From positions 5,415 through 69,414 of the forward strand of contig DATGZO010000006.1 of assembly GCA_035297105.1 (NCBI GenBank): a stretch of DNA of 64,000 nt, in the 5' to 3' direction. The DNA is from Thermoplasmata archaeon. Lineage in GTDB: Archaea > Thermoplasmatota > Thermoplasmata > Lutacidiplasmatales > UBA184. Of the stretch, positions 1 through 8,641 are shown one piece after another (the stretch's first letter is position 1; each line of letters starts with the position of its first letter). A program made the position numbers and the translations under genes. The notes beneath the pieces are model-generated. The model did no database searches and was not told the DNA's origin. It saw only the letters and a list, made by a program, of their open reading frames with translations.

Positions 1-1
1 G

Positions 2-388
2 AAGTTCGTCGAGGCCGCCAAGGCGAGCGGCGCGTCGAGCGCACGCATCGTCCGGAAGCACATCATTCCGAACTCGGTCTACCCGGTGTTCGTCCAGATG
101 TCCCTCGACGTGGGGTCCATCCCACTGACGCTGGGAGCGCTGGTCTTTCTCGGGTTCACTACGATCTTCCCTTCGAACACGTTCCCGGAATGGGGCTCCC
201 TATCGGCCCTCTCGGTCAACCCGCACGTGCTCCAGGCGATTCTGGTCAACGGCGAACTGGGCATTCCGGTCTACGTCCCGTGGTGGATGATCCTCTTCCC
301 GGGTCTCATGCTCTTCCTGTACGCGCTCAGCGTCAACTTCCTGTCCGACGGGCTGCGCGATGCACTGGACCCACGCCTGAGGCGGTAG
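2..388 (+). CDS. Oligo/dipeptide ABC transporter permease (OppC/DppC-like), 3' part only
   Basis: Frame is open from base 2 and contains the EAA loop (FVEAAKASGASSARIVRKHIIPN) and the typical end WWMILFPG...NFLSDGLRDALDPR. Confidence 0.9.
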   Translation, partial: KFVEAAKASGASSARIVRKHIIPNSVYPVFVQMSLDVGSIPLTLGALVFLGFTTIFPSNTFPEWGSLSALSVNPHVLQAILVNGELGIPVYVPWWMILFPGLMLFLYALSVNFLSDGLRDALDPRLRR

Positions 389-481
389 ACGGCGTTCTTC
401 GTCGGAACCGAAGGCGCATAGACCCACCTTGCCGGTCGGCGGCCGACCGACCAGGGGCTGGGTGCAATGGCGGTTGCACCC

Positions 482-2395
482 CTACGGGTCGAACTCGCGC
501 TTCCGGACCCGTTCCACGATGTGAGAACGAAGCTCGGCTCGGGACAGGGTGCGCGTGTCCTTCGTCCCCCGTACGCGAAGGGCCACCGTCCCATCGGCGG
601 TCTCCTTGTCGCCGAGCACCAGGACGTACGGGATCCGTTCCACCTCGGCCGTTCGGACGCGCTTGGAAAGCGACTCCTCGGTTCCGGCGACCTGTACCCG
701 GATCCCGTCCGCCGCCAGCTCTTGAGCCAGTCCCGAGGCCGCCTCGGCTTGGCGCTCCGTCACCGGAAGGATGCGCGCCTGGACCGCGGCGAGCCAGGGA
801 GGGAGTCGTCCTCCGGTGTGCTCCAAGAGGACTCCCAGGAACCTCTCGAACGACCCCAGGATGACCCGGTGGATGACCACGGGCGTGTGGAGCTGGCCGT
901 CCGGGCCCTGGAACTTGAGGCCGAACCGCTCGGGGATCTGGTAATCGAGCTGGATGGTGCCCGTCTGCCACGGACGTCCGAGGCTGTCCCGGATGTGGAT
1001 ATCGATCTTCGGACCGTAGAACGCACCCTCGCCCGGTGAGACCCGGTACTCGATACCGGATCCGCGCAGGATCTTCTCCAGGATCGCCTCGGCCCGGTCC
1101 CAGGTCTCCTTCTCGCCGAGGAACTGGGCGGGGCGCGTGGAGAGCTCGTAGCTCCATTTCAGGTGGAACGTCGAGAACGCCCGGGCGATCCAAGCGAGCA
1201 GGGTCTGGATCTCCGGCTCGATCTGGTCCTCCGTCACGAAGAGGTGGGCGTCGTCCTGGATGAACTCGCGCACGCGGGTCAAGCCGTGGAGCGTGCCGCT
1301 CGCCTCGAGACGGTGAAGCGGCGCGAACTCGGCCAGGCGGAGCGGTAGCTCGCGATAGCTCCGGGCCCGGGACTTGAAGATCAGCATCGAGCCGGGGCAG
1401 TTCATCGGCTTCCAGCCGAACTTGCGATCGTCGGCCTCGGTGAGGAACATGTTCTCCCGGTAGTGTTCCCAGTGACCGCTGGTCTCGTAGACGGACTGGG
1501 CCCACAGGAGCGGGGTCCGGATCTCGGAGTAGCCCGCGTCCTTCAGGTGCTCCCGCACGAATCGCTCCAGCTCCTGGAGGACGATGACCCCGTTCGGGAG
1601 CATCGCCGGGAACCCGGGGGCTTCCTCAAAGAAGGTGAACAACTCGAGCTTCTGCCCAAGCGAGCGGTGGTCTCTCGCCTCGGCTTCGGAACGGAGCTTG
1701 AGGTATTCCTTCAATCCGGCTTCGGTCGGGAACCCGACGCCCCGGATCCGCTGCAGCGTGACGGTCGCCTCAGGCTTGTCGGGGGTGATGGCGGAGAAGC
1801 CGAGGATGTGGACCCCGGCGAGCCAGCCGGTATCCGGCACATGCGGTCCTCGGCAGAGGTCGACGAACGTGCCGGTCTCGTAGTAGGAGACCGGCTCTCC
1901 CGGCGGGATGTCGCGGATGTACCGGAGCTTGTGGGGGTTCGCGGAGAACAGCCGTTCGGCTTCCTCACAAGTGACCTCCCGCCGTTGGAACGGCTCCTTG
2001 GCGTGGGCGCTCCGGCGCACCCCGGTCCGGACGGCATCGAGGTCCGCGGGAGTCAGCGGCCGGACGTCGAAGTCGTAGTAAAATCCCTCGTCGGTCGGTG
2101 GCCCCACGGTGGGGAGGGCTTCGGGGATCGTCTCCACGAGCGCCTTGGCCACGAGGTGCGCGGCCGAGTGTTGGAGGATCTCGCGTCCCGCCCGGTCATC
2201 GAAGGAGAGCGGGGCCACGTGGGCCGACGCCGTGAGCGGGCTCGAGAGGTCGGCCGGCCGACCGTCGACGAGTCCAGCGAGGCACAGCGTCGAGCCCGGG
2301 GCGTCCCACTGACGGAGGGCATCCCCCACGGTCGTGCCGCGAGCCACGTCGAGGGCACGACCGTTCGGGAAGGTCAGATGGATCTCGTCCGCCAC
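482..2395 (-). CDS. thrS: Threonine--tRNA ligase (bacterial type with TGS and editing domains)
   Basis: HSAAH and DLCRGPH editing motifs, KPMNCP, GLTRVREF, GAFYGPKID, TIQLD and GSFERF. GTG start at 2395 chosen because of a GGAGA RBS; the ORF-track extension looks spurious. Confidence 0.97.
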   Translation of the reverse strand: MADEIHLTFPNGRALDVARGTTVGDALRQWDAPGSTLCLAGLVDGRPADLSSPLTASAHVAPLSFDDRAGREILQHSAAHLVAKALVETIPEALPTVGPPTDEGFYYDFDVRPLTPADLDAVRTGVRRSAHAKEPFQRREVTCEEAERLFSANPHKLRYIRDIPPGEPVSYYETGTFVDLCRGPHVPDTGWLAGVHILGFSAITPDKPEATVTLQRIRGVGFPTEAGLKEYLKLRSEAEARDHRSLGQKLELFTFFEEAPGFPAMLPNGVIVLQELERFVREHLKDAGYSEIRTPLLWAQSVYETSGHWEHYRENMFLTEADDRKFGWKPMNCPGSMLIFKSRARSYRELPLRLAEFAPLHRLEASGTLHGLTRVREFIQDDAHLFVTEDQIEPEIQTLLAWIARAFSTFHLKWSYELSTRPAQFLGEKETWDRAEAILEKILRGSGIEYRVSPGEGAFYGPKIDIHIRDSLGRPWQTGTIQLDYQIPERFGLKFQGPDGQLHTPVVIHRVILGSFERFLGVLLEHTGGRLPPWLAAVQARILPVTERQAEAASGLAQELAADGIRVQVAGTEESLSKRVRTAEVERIPYVLVLGDKETADGTVALRVRGTKDTRTLSRAELRSHIVERVRKREFDP

Positions 2396-2594
2396 GGTTC
2401 TCTCCGAGGAACGGCGACCGCTCCCCCTTCTAAAAGGCTTGGCTGACCGCGAGGGCGAGCGGGGACGGCGGGGCCGGCCCAAGAGAGCGCGGAGGCTAAC
2501 GCCCGCGCGTATCCGCCGTCGTTCCGACCTCGGGCCGTACCGATCCGTGTCGTGCGCTCAGCTCGCCCATTCACTCATCACCGTTCAGCTGGTT

Positions 2595-3374
2595 CTAGTC
2601 TTCATCATCGCGCGGCGACACGGTTGGGGAATCGGAAGGAGGATTGTCGACCGGAAAGACGAGGTCCTCGAGCACGCGGTCGAGGTGGAAGATGCCGCCC
2701 GCGGCCCCCACTTCGGTGAGGCGTGTCTGTTGGGTCACGTCGAACGTGCCGTCGACCCACGTGGGTCCGCCGGCGGCCAGCGAGCGGATCAGGATCCAGT
2801 CGGGGTCCTGCTCGCGCGGGGAGACGATCACATCCGTGATGCCGATGCTGCGCGCGAACTGGACGAGAGTGGGAGCGTCGGTCTTGTCCGGCTGGGTCCG
2901 GGCCGTCTGCACCCGACCCTCCACGAGCTCGACCTCGAACGCCCAATCCGTGGAGAGCTTCCACGCGCGCTTCAACTCGACCGAACTGCGCAGGTACGAG
3001 CTCGAGAGCACGGCCCGCTGCGCGCCCGCGACGAGGATGTCGATGGCCGCATCCGCGGTGGCCACCCCGGAATCCACCCAGAGGTCCATGTCACGGGAGA
3101 GCTCCTGGACGTACTCCAGTTGAGGAACACCCCGCTCGATTCCGTCGAGGTCCACGAGGTACAATCGCTCGAAGTCCGGCTCCAAGCGGTCGACCACATC
3201 GAACGGGTCCAGGGCGGGCCCCGAGCGCGTGTGGACCCGCACCGGACCCTTCGGGCCCGGCAGGCATACCTGCCCTCTGCGGAGCATCAGGCACGGGATC
3301 AGGAGAGGGGCCGAGGGAGAGGCCTCCGCCCCGCTGGAGGCGGCTCGAGCCGACGTCGGGGATCCGTTCGCCAC
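2595..3374 (-). CDS. HisA/HisF-related (beta/alpha)8 barrel protein, divergent
   Basis: LIPCLML, LYLVDLDG, LWVDSGV and GAQRAVLSS follow the HisA-like strand pattern. GTG at 3374 is preceded by GAGGT. Confidence 0.7.
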   Translation of the reverse strand: MANGSPTSARAASSGAEASPSAPLLIPCLMLRRGQVCLPGPKGPVRVHTRSGPALDPFDVVDRLEPDFERLYLVDLDGIERGVPQLEYVQELSRDMDLWVDSGVATADAAIDILVAGAQRAVLSSSYLRSSVELKRAWKLSTDWAFEVELVEGRVQTARTQPDKTDAPTLVQFARSIGITDVIVSPREQDPDWILIRSLAAGGPTWVDGTFDVTQQTRLTEVGAAGGIFHLDRVLEDLVFPVDNPPSDSPTVSPRDDED

Positions 3375-3396
3375 GGGCAACAGACCTCGCGGGGGG

Positions 3397-5466
3397 TTAT
3401 CCTGTTTGGCGGTCCCGACCCGGGCGCTTTTCCCCCGGCGGGAGATGGCCCTTTCGCCAGGAGGTAGAGGGCAGCTGACGGTGGTCCGAGTCGGCAACGG
3501 CTGGCCGCTGAGGAAAGTCCCCTCTCCGGGAAACACGGGGTCGGGTCGGAGCCCGACGGGCGAGAGTCCGAGCTCCGGAGCAGAAACGACACAGCCCGAC
3601 GGTACGGTGATGGTGGTGCACCGGAGGTTCCGTCGGGATATGATGAAACGGCCGCCTCCCCGGGAGCAAGCCCTGACTGACGGGGTGAGGAGTTTCCCTG
3701 ACCGTCGAGGAGAGCGCGGAGTCGAATGTTGCCTGAAACGGAAAGGGGCTTACTACTGCCACCTGGCCGCACCGGCGAGAAATCGCCGGTGCGTTACCCG
3801 CGCCCCACCGTCGCGCGAACCCTGATCGGCGTCCGAGCGATCTCACTCCGGGTAGGGCCAGCCCGACCGTCCCCTGGACCAGAGGCGCGACGCGATCGCC
3901 CGAGACGGATACGGCGGTCGCGTGGAACGGCGACCCCGATAGCCAATGCCGTGAGTTCTGGGAAATCAACCCGCGGTCGAGAGCGAGGGCCAAGCCGACG
4001 TTCGAGAGAATTGCAAGGCTCATCGGCGGGACCGTAAGGTTCGTGGGTCCGCCCGGTCCCCACGTCAGGTTGGTCGGACTCGCCGACGGCCCGTTCCAAA
4101 CGAAGATCGAGGCGTTCGCCACGTTGGGGAGGGCCTTCGCGAGATCGAGGCTGAATGTGTAGCTCGAGTTGATGTTCAGGAGGATCAAGTTCGTGAGCGC
4201 GCCGGCCGACGGGCCACCCACCGCGGCGAGCAGGCCGCTCGCGGGCGAGTTCACTCCCATGGGAGCGGCGAAGGCGCCGACGCGCTGGGCCAAATCCGCG
4301 TACGCGAAGTAGGCCGGGGACGGCGCCCCGGTGTCGGTGAACCAGGAGCCGGGAGTGTCGCTCTCGAGATTGTAGTAGTCCGCGGATGTGAGGTCGAGCG
4401 GGAGAGTTTGGAGGATCTCCGCCGACACGTACGTCGCCAGGTAACCCCCTGCGATCTCGTCCCCCTGGGGAACGAGCGTTCCGCTTCCGAGCTCGTCGGC
4501 GAGCACGCTCAGCCGGCACGTCGGGCATGCCCCTTGGAGCTCGGACAGCGTCGAGTTCACCCGGTTGGGGAGCGCGGACCCTCCCTGGAGCGAGGCGAAC
4601 CAAATCGCCGGCGGTTCCGGGCCATTGATCGTGCCGGCGGGATAGACGTGGATCGCGATTCCTGAAAGGTTGGGGCCGTTCGTCGCTACGTCGTCGGTGA
4701 TCCACGTGGATTGGGAGCCGCCGGCCCCGACTCCCCCGATTCCGAGGATGGGTGTGGAGGGGTCGACCGTGCGGATCGCCGAGACGTACGACCGGACGAG
4801 TTTAGCGAACCCGACGGGGGTCGTCCCGATGTCCTGGCTCGAGTTCCAGGACGGCCACGGAACCCCGAAATGCGTCCACATCAGGGGCTCGTTCCCGATT
4901 TCCCAGTACGTCGGCGTGAAGTGGAGGTTCTGGATCGAGTAGCTTACGATCGCCGCCGCGAGCGAGGAGTTGTTGACCTCGGCTGGCAGGGTGACGATCG
5001 ATTCGCAATGCACCCAGCCGCACCATGCTACGAACTCCGGATAGGTCGTGGCGGGGGAGACCGCGGTCCCGTTCGCATTGTAGATGACGCCCTGATCCGA
5101 ATCTCCCAAGGGGTCGAAACGGTCTCCGAGGGCCCCCCCGGGCCAACGCACCATGCGGGCGCCTGTCGAGTTGATGGCGGCGGCATTCGCCGAGGTCAGG
5201 GTCTGGTCTGCCCGAAGGTCCACTCCGAGACGCCCTGCGGTCAGCGGAACGGGGGAAGCGGTAAGCGCCGTCAGGTTCGCATTTGCGGGCGGGCCGGGAG
5301 GCACGACACCGGGCGGGGACGGCGTGGGGCTCGGAGCCGGGTGGGGGGGGAATTCCACCAGAACGTAGACTCCGACGCCGGTGATCAGGAGGACGAAGCA
5401 GAGCGCGATCGCGACGGTGGTTCGGTCCCACCCCGTGGGGGGTGGGGGTTCTCTCTTCCGCGACAA
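3397..5466 (-). CDS. Membrane-anchored clan GH-A glycoside hydrolase (GH51/GH44/GH79-like); 3' end uncertain
   Basis: N-terminal TM helix and Pro-rich linker, RWPGG, YWEIGNEP (acid/base), IHVYP, ADELG (putative nucleophile). Folded-looking sequence ends near 4000; the frame continues antisense through rnpB. Confidence 0.75.
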   Translation of the reverse strand: MSRKREPPPPTGWDRTTVAIALCFVLLITGVGVYVLVEFPPHPAPSPTPSPPGVVPPGPPANANLTALTASPVPLTAGRLGVDLRADQTLTSANAAAINSTGARMVRWPGGALGDRFDPLGDSDQGVIYNANGTAVSPATTYPEFVAWCGWVHCESIVTLPAEVNNSSLAAAIVSYSIQNLHFTPTYWEIGNEPLMWTHFGVPWPSWNSSQDIGTTPVGFAKLVRSYVSAIRTVDPSTPILGIGGVGAGGSQSTWITDDVATNGPNLSGIAIHVYPAGTINGPEPPAIWFASLQGGSALPNRVNSTLSELQGACPTCRLSVLADELGSGTLVPQGDEIAGGYLATYVSAEILQTLPLDLTSADYYNLESDTPGSWFTDTGAPSPAYFAYADLAQRVGAFAAPMGVNSPASGLLAAVGGPSAGALTNLILLNINSSYTFSLDLAKALPNVANASIFVWNGPSASPTNLTWGPGGPTNLTVPPMSLAILSNVGLALALDRGLISQNSRHWLSGSPFHATAVSVSGDRVAPLVQGTVGLALPGVRSLGRRSGFARRWGAGNAPAISRRCGQVAVVSPFPFQATFDSALSSTVRETPHPVSQGLLPGRRPFHHIPTEPPVHHHHRTVGLCRFCSGARTLARRAPTRPRVSRRGDFPQRPAVADSDHRQLPSTSWRKGHLPPGEKRPGRDRQTG
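3456..3767 (+). ncRNA. rnpB: Archaeal RNase P RNA
   Basis: GAGGAAAGTCC at 3510-3520 pairs with 3' AAACGGAAAGGGGCTTA (P4). P1: GCCAGG/CCTGGC and GGTAG/CTGCC. P2: GGGCAGC/GTTGCCT. Internal AGAAACGAC and GATGAAACGGCC blocks; about 310 nt. Confidence 0.95.
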
Positions 5467-5509
5467 CCCAGTGGGTCCCTTCCTCTCCCAGCCCGACTAC
5501 CGTTGGGGC

Positions 5510-6484
5510 CTAAGACCCTCCGGGCCCTCGGTATGGGAGGTCCCCCGAAGCCGAGTGGCTCGGCTCGGAGGTGGCGGGAGGAGACCGAAGAGGCGGCGGA
5601 CGGAAGTGGGCCCGCCCGATCCCATAGATGGCCACCAAGACCAACACAACTCCCAGTCCCTGAAGGAGCGAGAGACGTTCCCCCAGCAGGAGGGCCGAAG
5701 CGGTCAAGGCGACCACCGGGACGAGGAAGAGGTAGGCGCTGATCTGGGCCGCCGGGGTGCGGTCGAGGAGCGTGAACCAGATCGCATAGCCCACCGCGGT
5801 CCCCGCCAGGCCGAGCCAAAGGGCGGCGGCGACCACATCCAGGGTCGGAGCCGGGAACGACGTGGGGGTCAGGAGCACGGAAGCGAGGAGGAGGCCGGAG
5901 AATCCCCCGGCGAGCTGATAGACGCTGGCCGACAGGATCTCGGGGGTCCGGAACCGACGTTGGAAGAGGACCGTCCCGAGAGCCCAGCTCACGGACGCCG
6001 CCCCGAGCTCGAGCAACGGGAGGACCGAGACGCCGCCGCCCGTGAGGGACCAGAATTGGGCGATGAGAGCGACTCCCACGAACCCGACCCCGATGGACGC
6101 CCACGCTCCGGCGCTGAGGGGCCGACCGAGGACGGGAGCGGAAAGGAGGGCGACCCAGAGCGGGAAGGTGTAGATCATGACCGAGGCAATGCCCGGCGGA
6201 ACCGAGCGGGCCGCCACGAACCACAGCCCGAAGAACAGCGTGGTGTTGGGGAGGCCGAGGAGCAAGGCATCTCGTTTCGCGCGCCGATCGAATGCTCCCC
6301 AACCGCGGGCCGCGGTGACGAGCACGACCATTCCGCCGAGCCCTATCCCGCTGCGGAGGGTCGCCAGCCAGAGGGGTCCCGAGCCGGTCAGTCCGAGACT
6401 GACAAAGAGGTAGTTCAGCCCCCAGATCGACACGAGGACTGCGAGCAGCGGCCAGGTCGCTTCCGACCAGGGTCGTGGGTTCAC
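5510..6484 (-). CDS. DMT/EamA family transporter
   Basis: About 10 TM helices in two EamA repeats (IWGLNY, LATLR, YTFPLWV, LVPVVA...LLGE). Confidence 0.92.
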   Translation of the reverse strand: MNPRPWSEATWPLLAVLVSIWGLNYLFVSLGLTGSGPLWLATLRSGIGLGGMVVLVTAARGWGAFDRRAKRDALLLGLPNTTLFFGLWFVAARSVPPGIASVMIYTFPLWVALLSAPVLGRPLSAGAWASIGVGFVGVALIAQFWSLTGGGVSVLPLLELGAASVSWALGTVLFQRRFRTPEILSASVYQLAGGFSGLLLASVLLTPTSFPAPTLDVVAAALWLGLAGTAVGYAIWFTLLDRTPAAQISAYLFLVPVVALTASALLLGERLSLLQGLGVVLVLVAIYGIGRAHFRPPPLRSPPATSEPSHSASGDLPYRGPGGS

Positions 6485-6602
6485 AAGAAGGGGGGAATCG
6501 TCGCCGACTTAGGCGTTGCCGGGGGATGTGCGCCGCTCAAATGGGAGAATTCAACGCGCGGCCCCTCGAAGTTCTTAAGGCGAAGACCCCCTCTCCCGAC
6601 CG

Positions 6603-7541
6603 ATGTCACTCCGTGGCCGCGACCTGATCTCCATCCGGGACCTGACCAAGGAGGAGATCCTGGCCCTCCTCGCCTCGGCCCGGAAGATGATCCCCTACGC
6701 CGAGGGAAAGCGGGTGATGCACCCGCTCGCCGATCGCATCGTCGCGATGGGTTTCTTCGAGCCTTCGACCCGGACCCGGCTCTCGTTCGAGGCGGCGGTC
6801 CATCGGCTCGGGGGCAACTGCATCACGATCGCCGACGCCGCGGCGAGCTCGATGCGCAAGGGCGAGAGCCTCTCCGACACGATCCGGATGCTCAGTTCCT
6901 ACGCCGATGCCATCGTCCTACGACACCCCAACGAGGGGGCCGCCCAACTGGCCGCCCGGGCGGCCGACGTCCCGATCGTCAACGCGGGGGACGGGGCGGG
7001 CCAACACCCGAGCCAGACCCTACTCGATCTAGCGACCATGCAGGAGGCGTTCGGAACCCTCTCCGGCCTCAAGGTCGTCCTCTTGGGCGACCTGCGATAC
7101 GGGCGCACCGTCCACTCGCTGGCCTATGCGCTCGCGCTGTTCGGGGTCGAGATCGTTCTCTCCTCGCCACCGGAGCTCCGCCTTCCCCAGGAGCTGCGCG
7201 ACGAGCTCGAGCGAACTGGGGCCAAGATGTCGCTCGAACCCGACATGCGGAAGGCCGTCCGCGACGCGGATGTCCTGTACGTCACCCGCATCCAGAAGGA
7301 ACGGTTCGGGGACGAAGGCGAGTACCGCAAGGTGGCGGGCTCCTACCGGATCGACGCCCACATCCTCGCCGACGCGAAGCAGCGGCTCGTGGTCATGCAC
7401 CCCCTCCCGCGGGCGGGGGAAGTGGCCCCCGAGGTCGACCGGACGAGCCACGCGGCCTACTTCCGGCAGGCATTCCTCGGCGTGCCGGTCCGGATGGCCC
7501 TTCTCGATGCGATCCTGGCCGGACCCAAGGGGAAAGAATGA
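6603..7541 (+). CDS. pyrB: Aspartate carbamoyltransferase catalytic subunit
   Basis: FFEPSTRTRLSF, KGESL, HPSQTLLD, GDLRYGRTVHS, RIQKER, MHPLPR. Confidence 0.98.
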   Translation: MSLRGRDLISIRDLTKEEILALLASARKMIPYAEGKRVMHPLADRIVAMGFFEPSTRTRLSFEAAVHRLGGNCITIADAAASSMRKGESLSDTIRMLSSYADAIVLRHPNEGAAQLAARAADVPIVNAGDGAGQHPSQTLLDLATMQEAFGTLSGLKVVLLGDLRYGRTVHSLAYALALFGVEIVLSSPPELRLPQELRDELERTGAKMSLEPDMRKAVRDADVLYVTRIQKERFGDEGEYRKVAGSYRIDAHILADAKQRLVVMHPLPRAGEVAPEVDRTSHAAYFRQAFLGVPVRMALLDAILAGPKGKE

Positions 7542-8005
7542 CCGCCATGCGCGAGCTCCGCATCGCGGCGATCAAGAACGGGACCGTGATCGACCACATC
7601 GGCAACGGCCTCGCGATCGATGTGCTCCGGATCATCAACGCCCGCGGTCTCGACCGGGACTCGACCGTCTCGGTGGGGATCCACGTGCGGTCCGGGAAGC
7701 TCGGCTGGAAGGACATCGTCAAGGTCGAGAACATGGAGCTCTCCGCCCGGAAGGTCAACGCGATCGCCCTGATCGCGCCCACCGCGACGATCTCCATCAT
7801 CCGGGACTTCAAGGTCCAGGAGAAGCGACCGGTCGACCTGCCCGACACGATCGTCGGGGTCGTGACGTGCCCGAACCCGAGCTGCATCTCGAACCAGGGG
7901 GAGCCGATCGAGAGCGAGTTCCGCGTCACCCGCCGGCGTCCGGTGGTCCTCACGTGCGTCTTCTGCGAGCGCACGATGGACGACTTCCTCGCCCACCTCG
8001 CGTAG
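7538..8005 (+). CDS. pyrI: Aspartate carbamoyltransferase regulatory subunit
   Basis: IKNGTVIDHI, KDIVKVE and Zn ligands CPNPSC/CVFC. ATGA overlap with the pyrB stop. Confidence 0.97.
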   Translation: MTAMRELRIAAIKNGTVIDHIGNGLAIDVLRIINARGLDRDSTVSVGIHVRSGKLGWKDIVKVENMELSARKVNAIALIAPTATISIIRDFKVQEKRPVDLPDTIVGVVTCPNPSCISNQGEPIESEFRVTRRRPVVLTCVFCERTMDDFLAHLA

Positions 8006-8017
8006 GCCCGCCGCCCG

Positions 8018-8641
8018 ATGGTCGACCTCGGGGCCGCCACCGGGTTCGTGGCCGTCTTCGCGATCGTCGGATTCTTCGAACTCTTCGACCGGACCAGTTT
8101 CGCCCTGATCGCCATCGCCTCGCGCGCCCGACCGTTCCCGACGTGGGCGGGCGGGGCGCTCGCGTTCGTCGCTTCGACGGCGATCGCGGTCGTCGTGGGA
8201 GTGGGGTTCACCGATCTGCTCGGACCGGGCCACATCGGCTGGCTCCGGGTCGCGGGAGGGGGAGTGCTGCTCGCGTACGCCGCGTGGGTCTACGTCCAAC
8301 CTGCGGAGGAGGGCGAGCGGCCACGGGGACCGCCCGGCTCCGCGTTCCTGGTCGCGTTCGCGACGATCTTTCTCCTCGAGATGGGAGACACGACCATGAT
8401 CTTCGAGATAGTCTTCATCGCCGACTGGGGATGGCTGGTGGTCCTGGTGGCCGGTGCGTCGGCGCTCGTGACCGTCGCCGCCTGGGACGTCGCGCTCGGC
8501 CGTCGGCTCGGCCTTCGGGTGCAGCCCGAGACGCTCCGCCGGATCGTCGTGGTGGTGCTCACGATCGTCGGAGCCGCGACGATCGCCTACGGGCTAGCGC
8601 CGAGCGCGTTCCCGTCGCTCGGGTTCGCGGCGACGGGCTAG
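8018..8641 (+). CDS. TMEM165/GDT1 (UPF0016) family cation transporter
   Basis: Two 3-TM halves with variants of the E-x-G-D-[KR]-T motif (ELFDRT, EMGDTT). Confidence 0.8.
   Translation: MVDLGAATGFVAVFAIVGFFELFDRTSFALIAIASRARPFPTWAGGALAFVASTAIAVVVGVGFTDLLGPGHIGWLRVAGGGVLLAYAAWVYVQPAEEGERPRGPPGSAFLVAFATIFLLEMGDTTMIFEIVFIADWGWLVVLVAGASALVTVAAWDVALGRRLGLRVQPETLRRIVVVVLTIVGAATIAYGLAPSAFPSLGFAATG

Noticed and set aside
5381..8005. 874-aa ORF and the many other long alternative-frame or antisense ORFs (e.g. 7126-8880, 28953-30905, 47916-49817)
   Set aside because: Arg/Pro/Gly-rich shadows of high-GC genes; only the last 155 aa of this ORF are real (pyrI).
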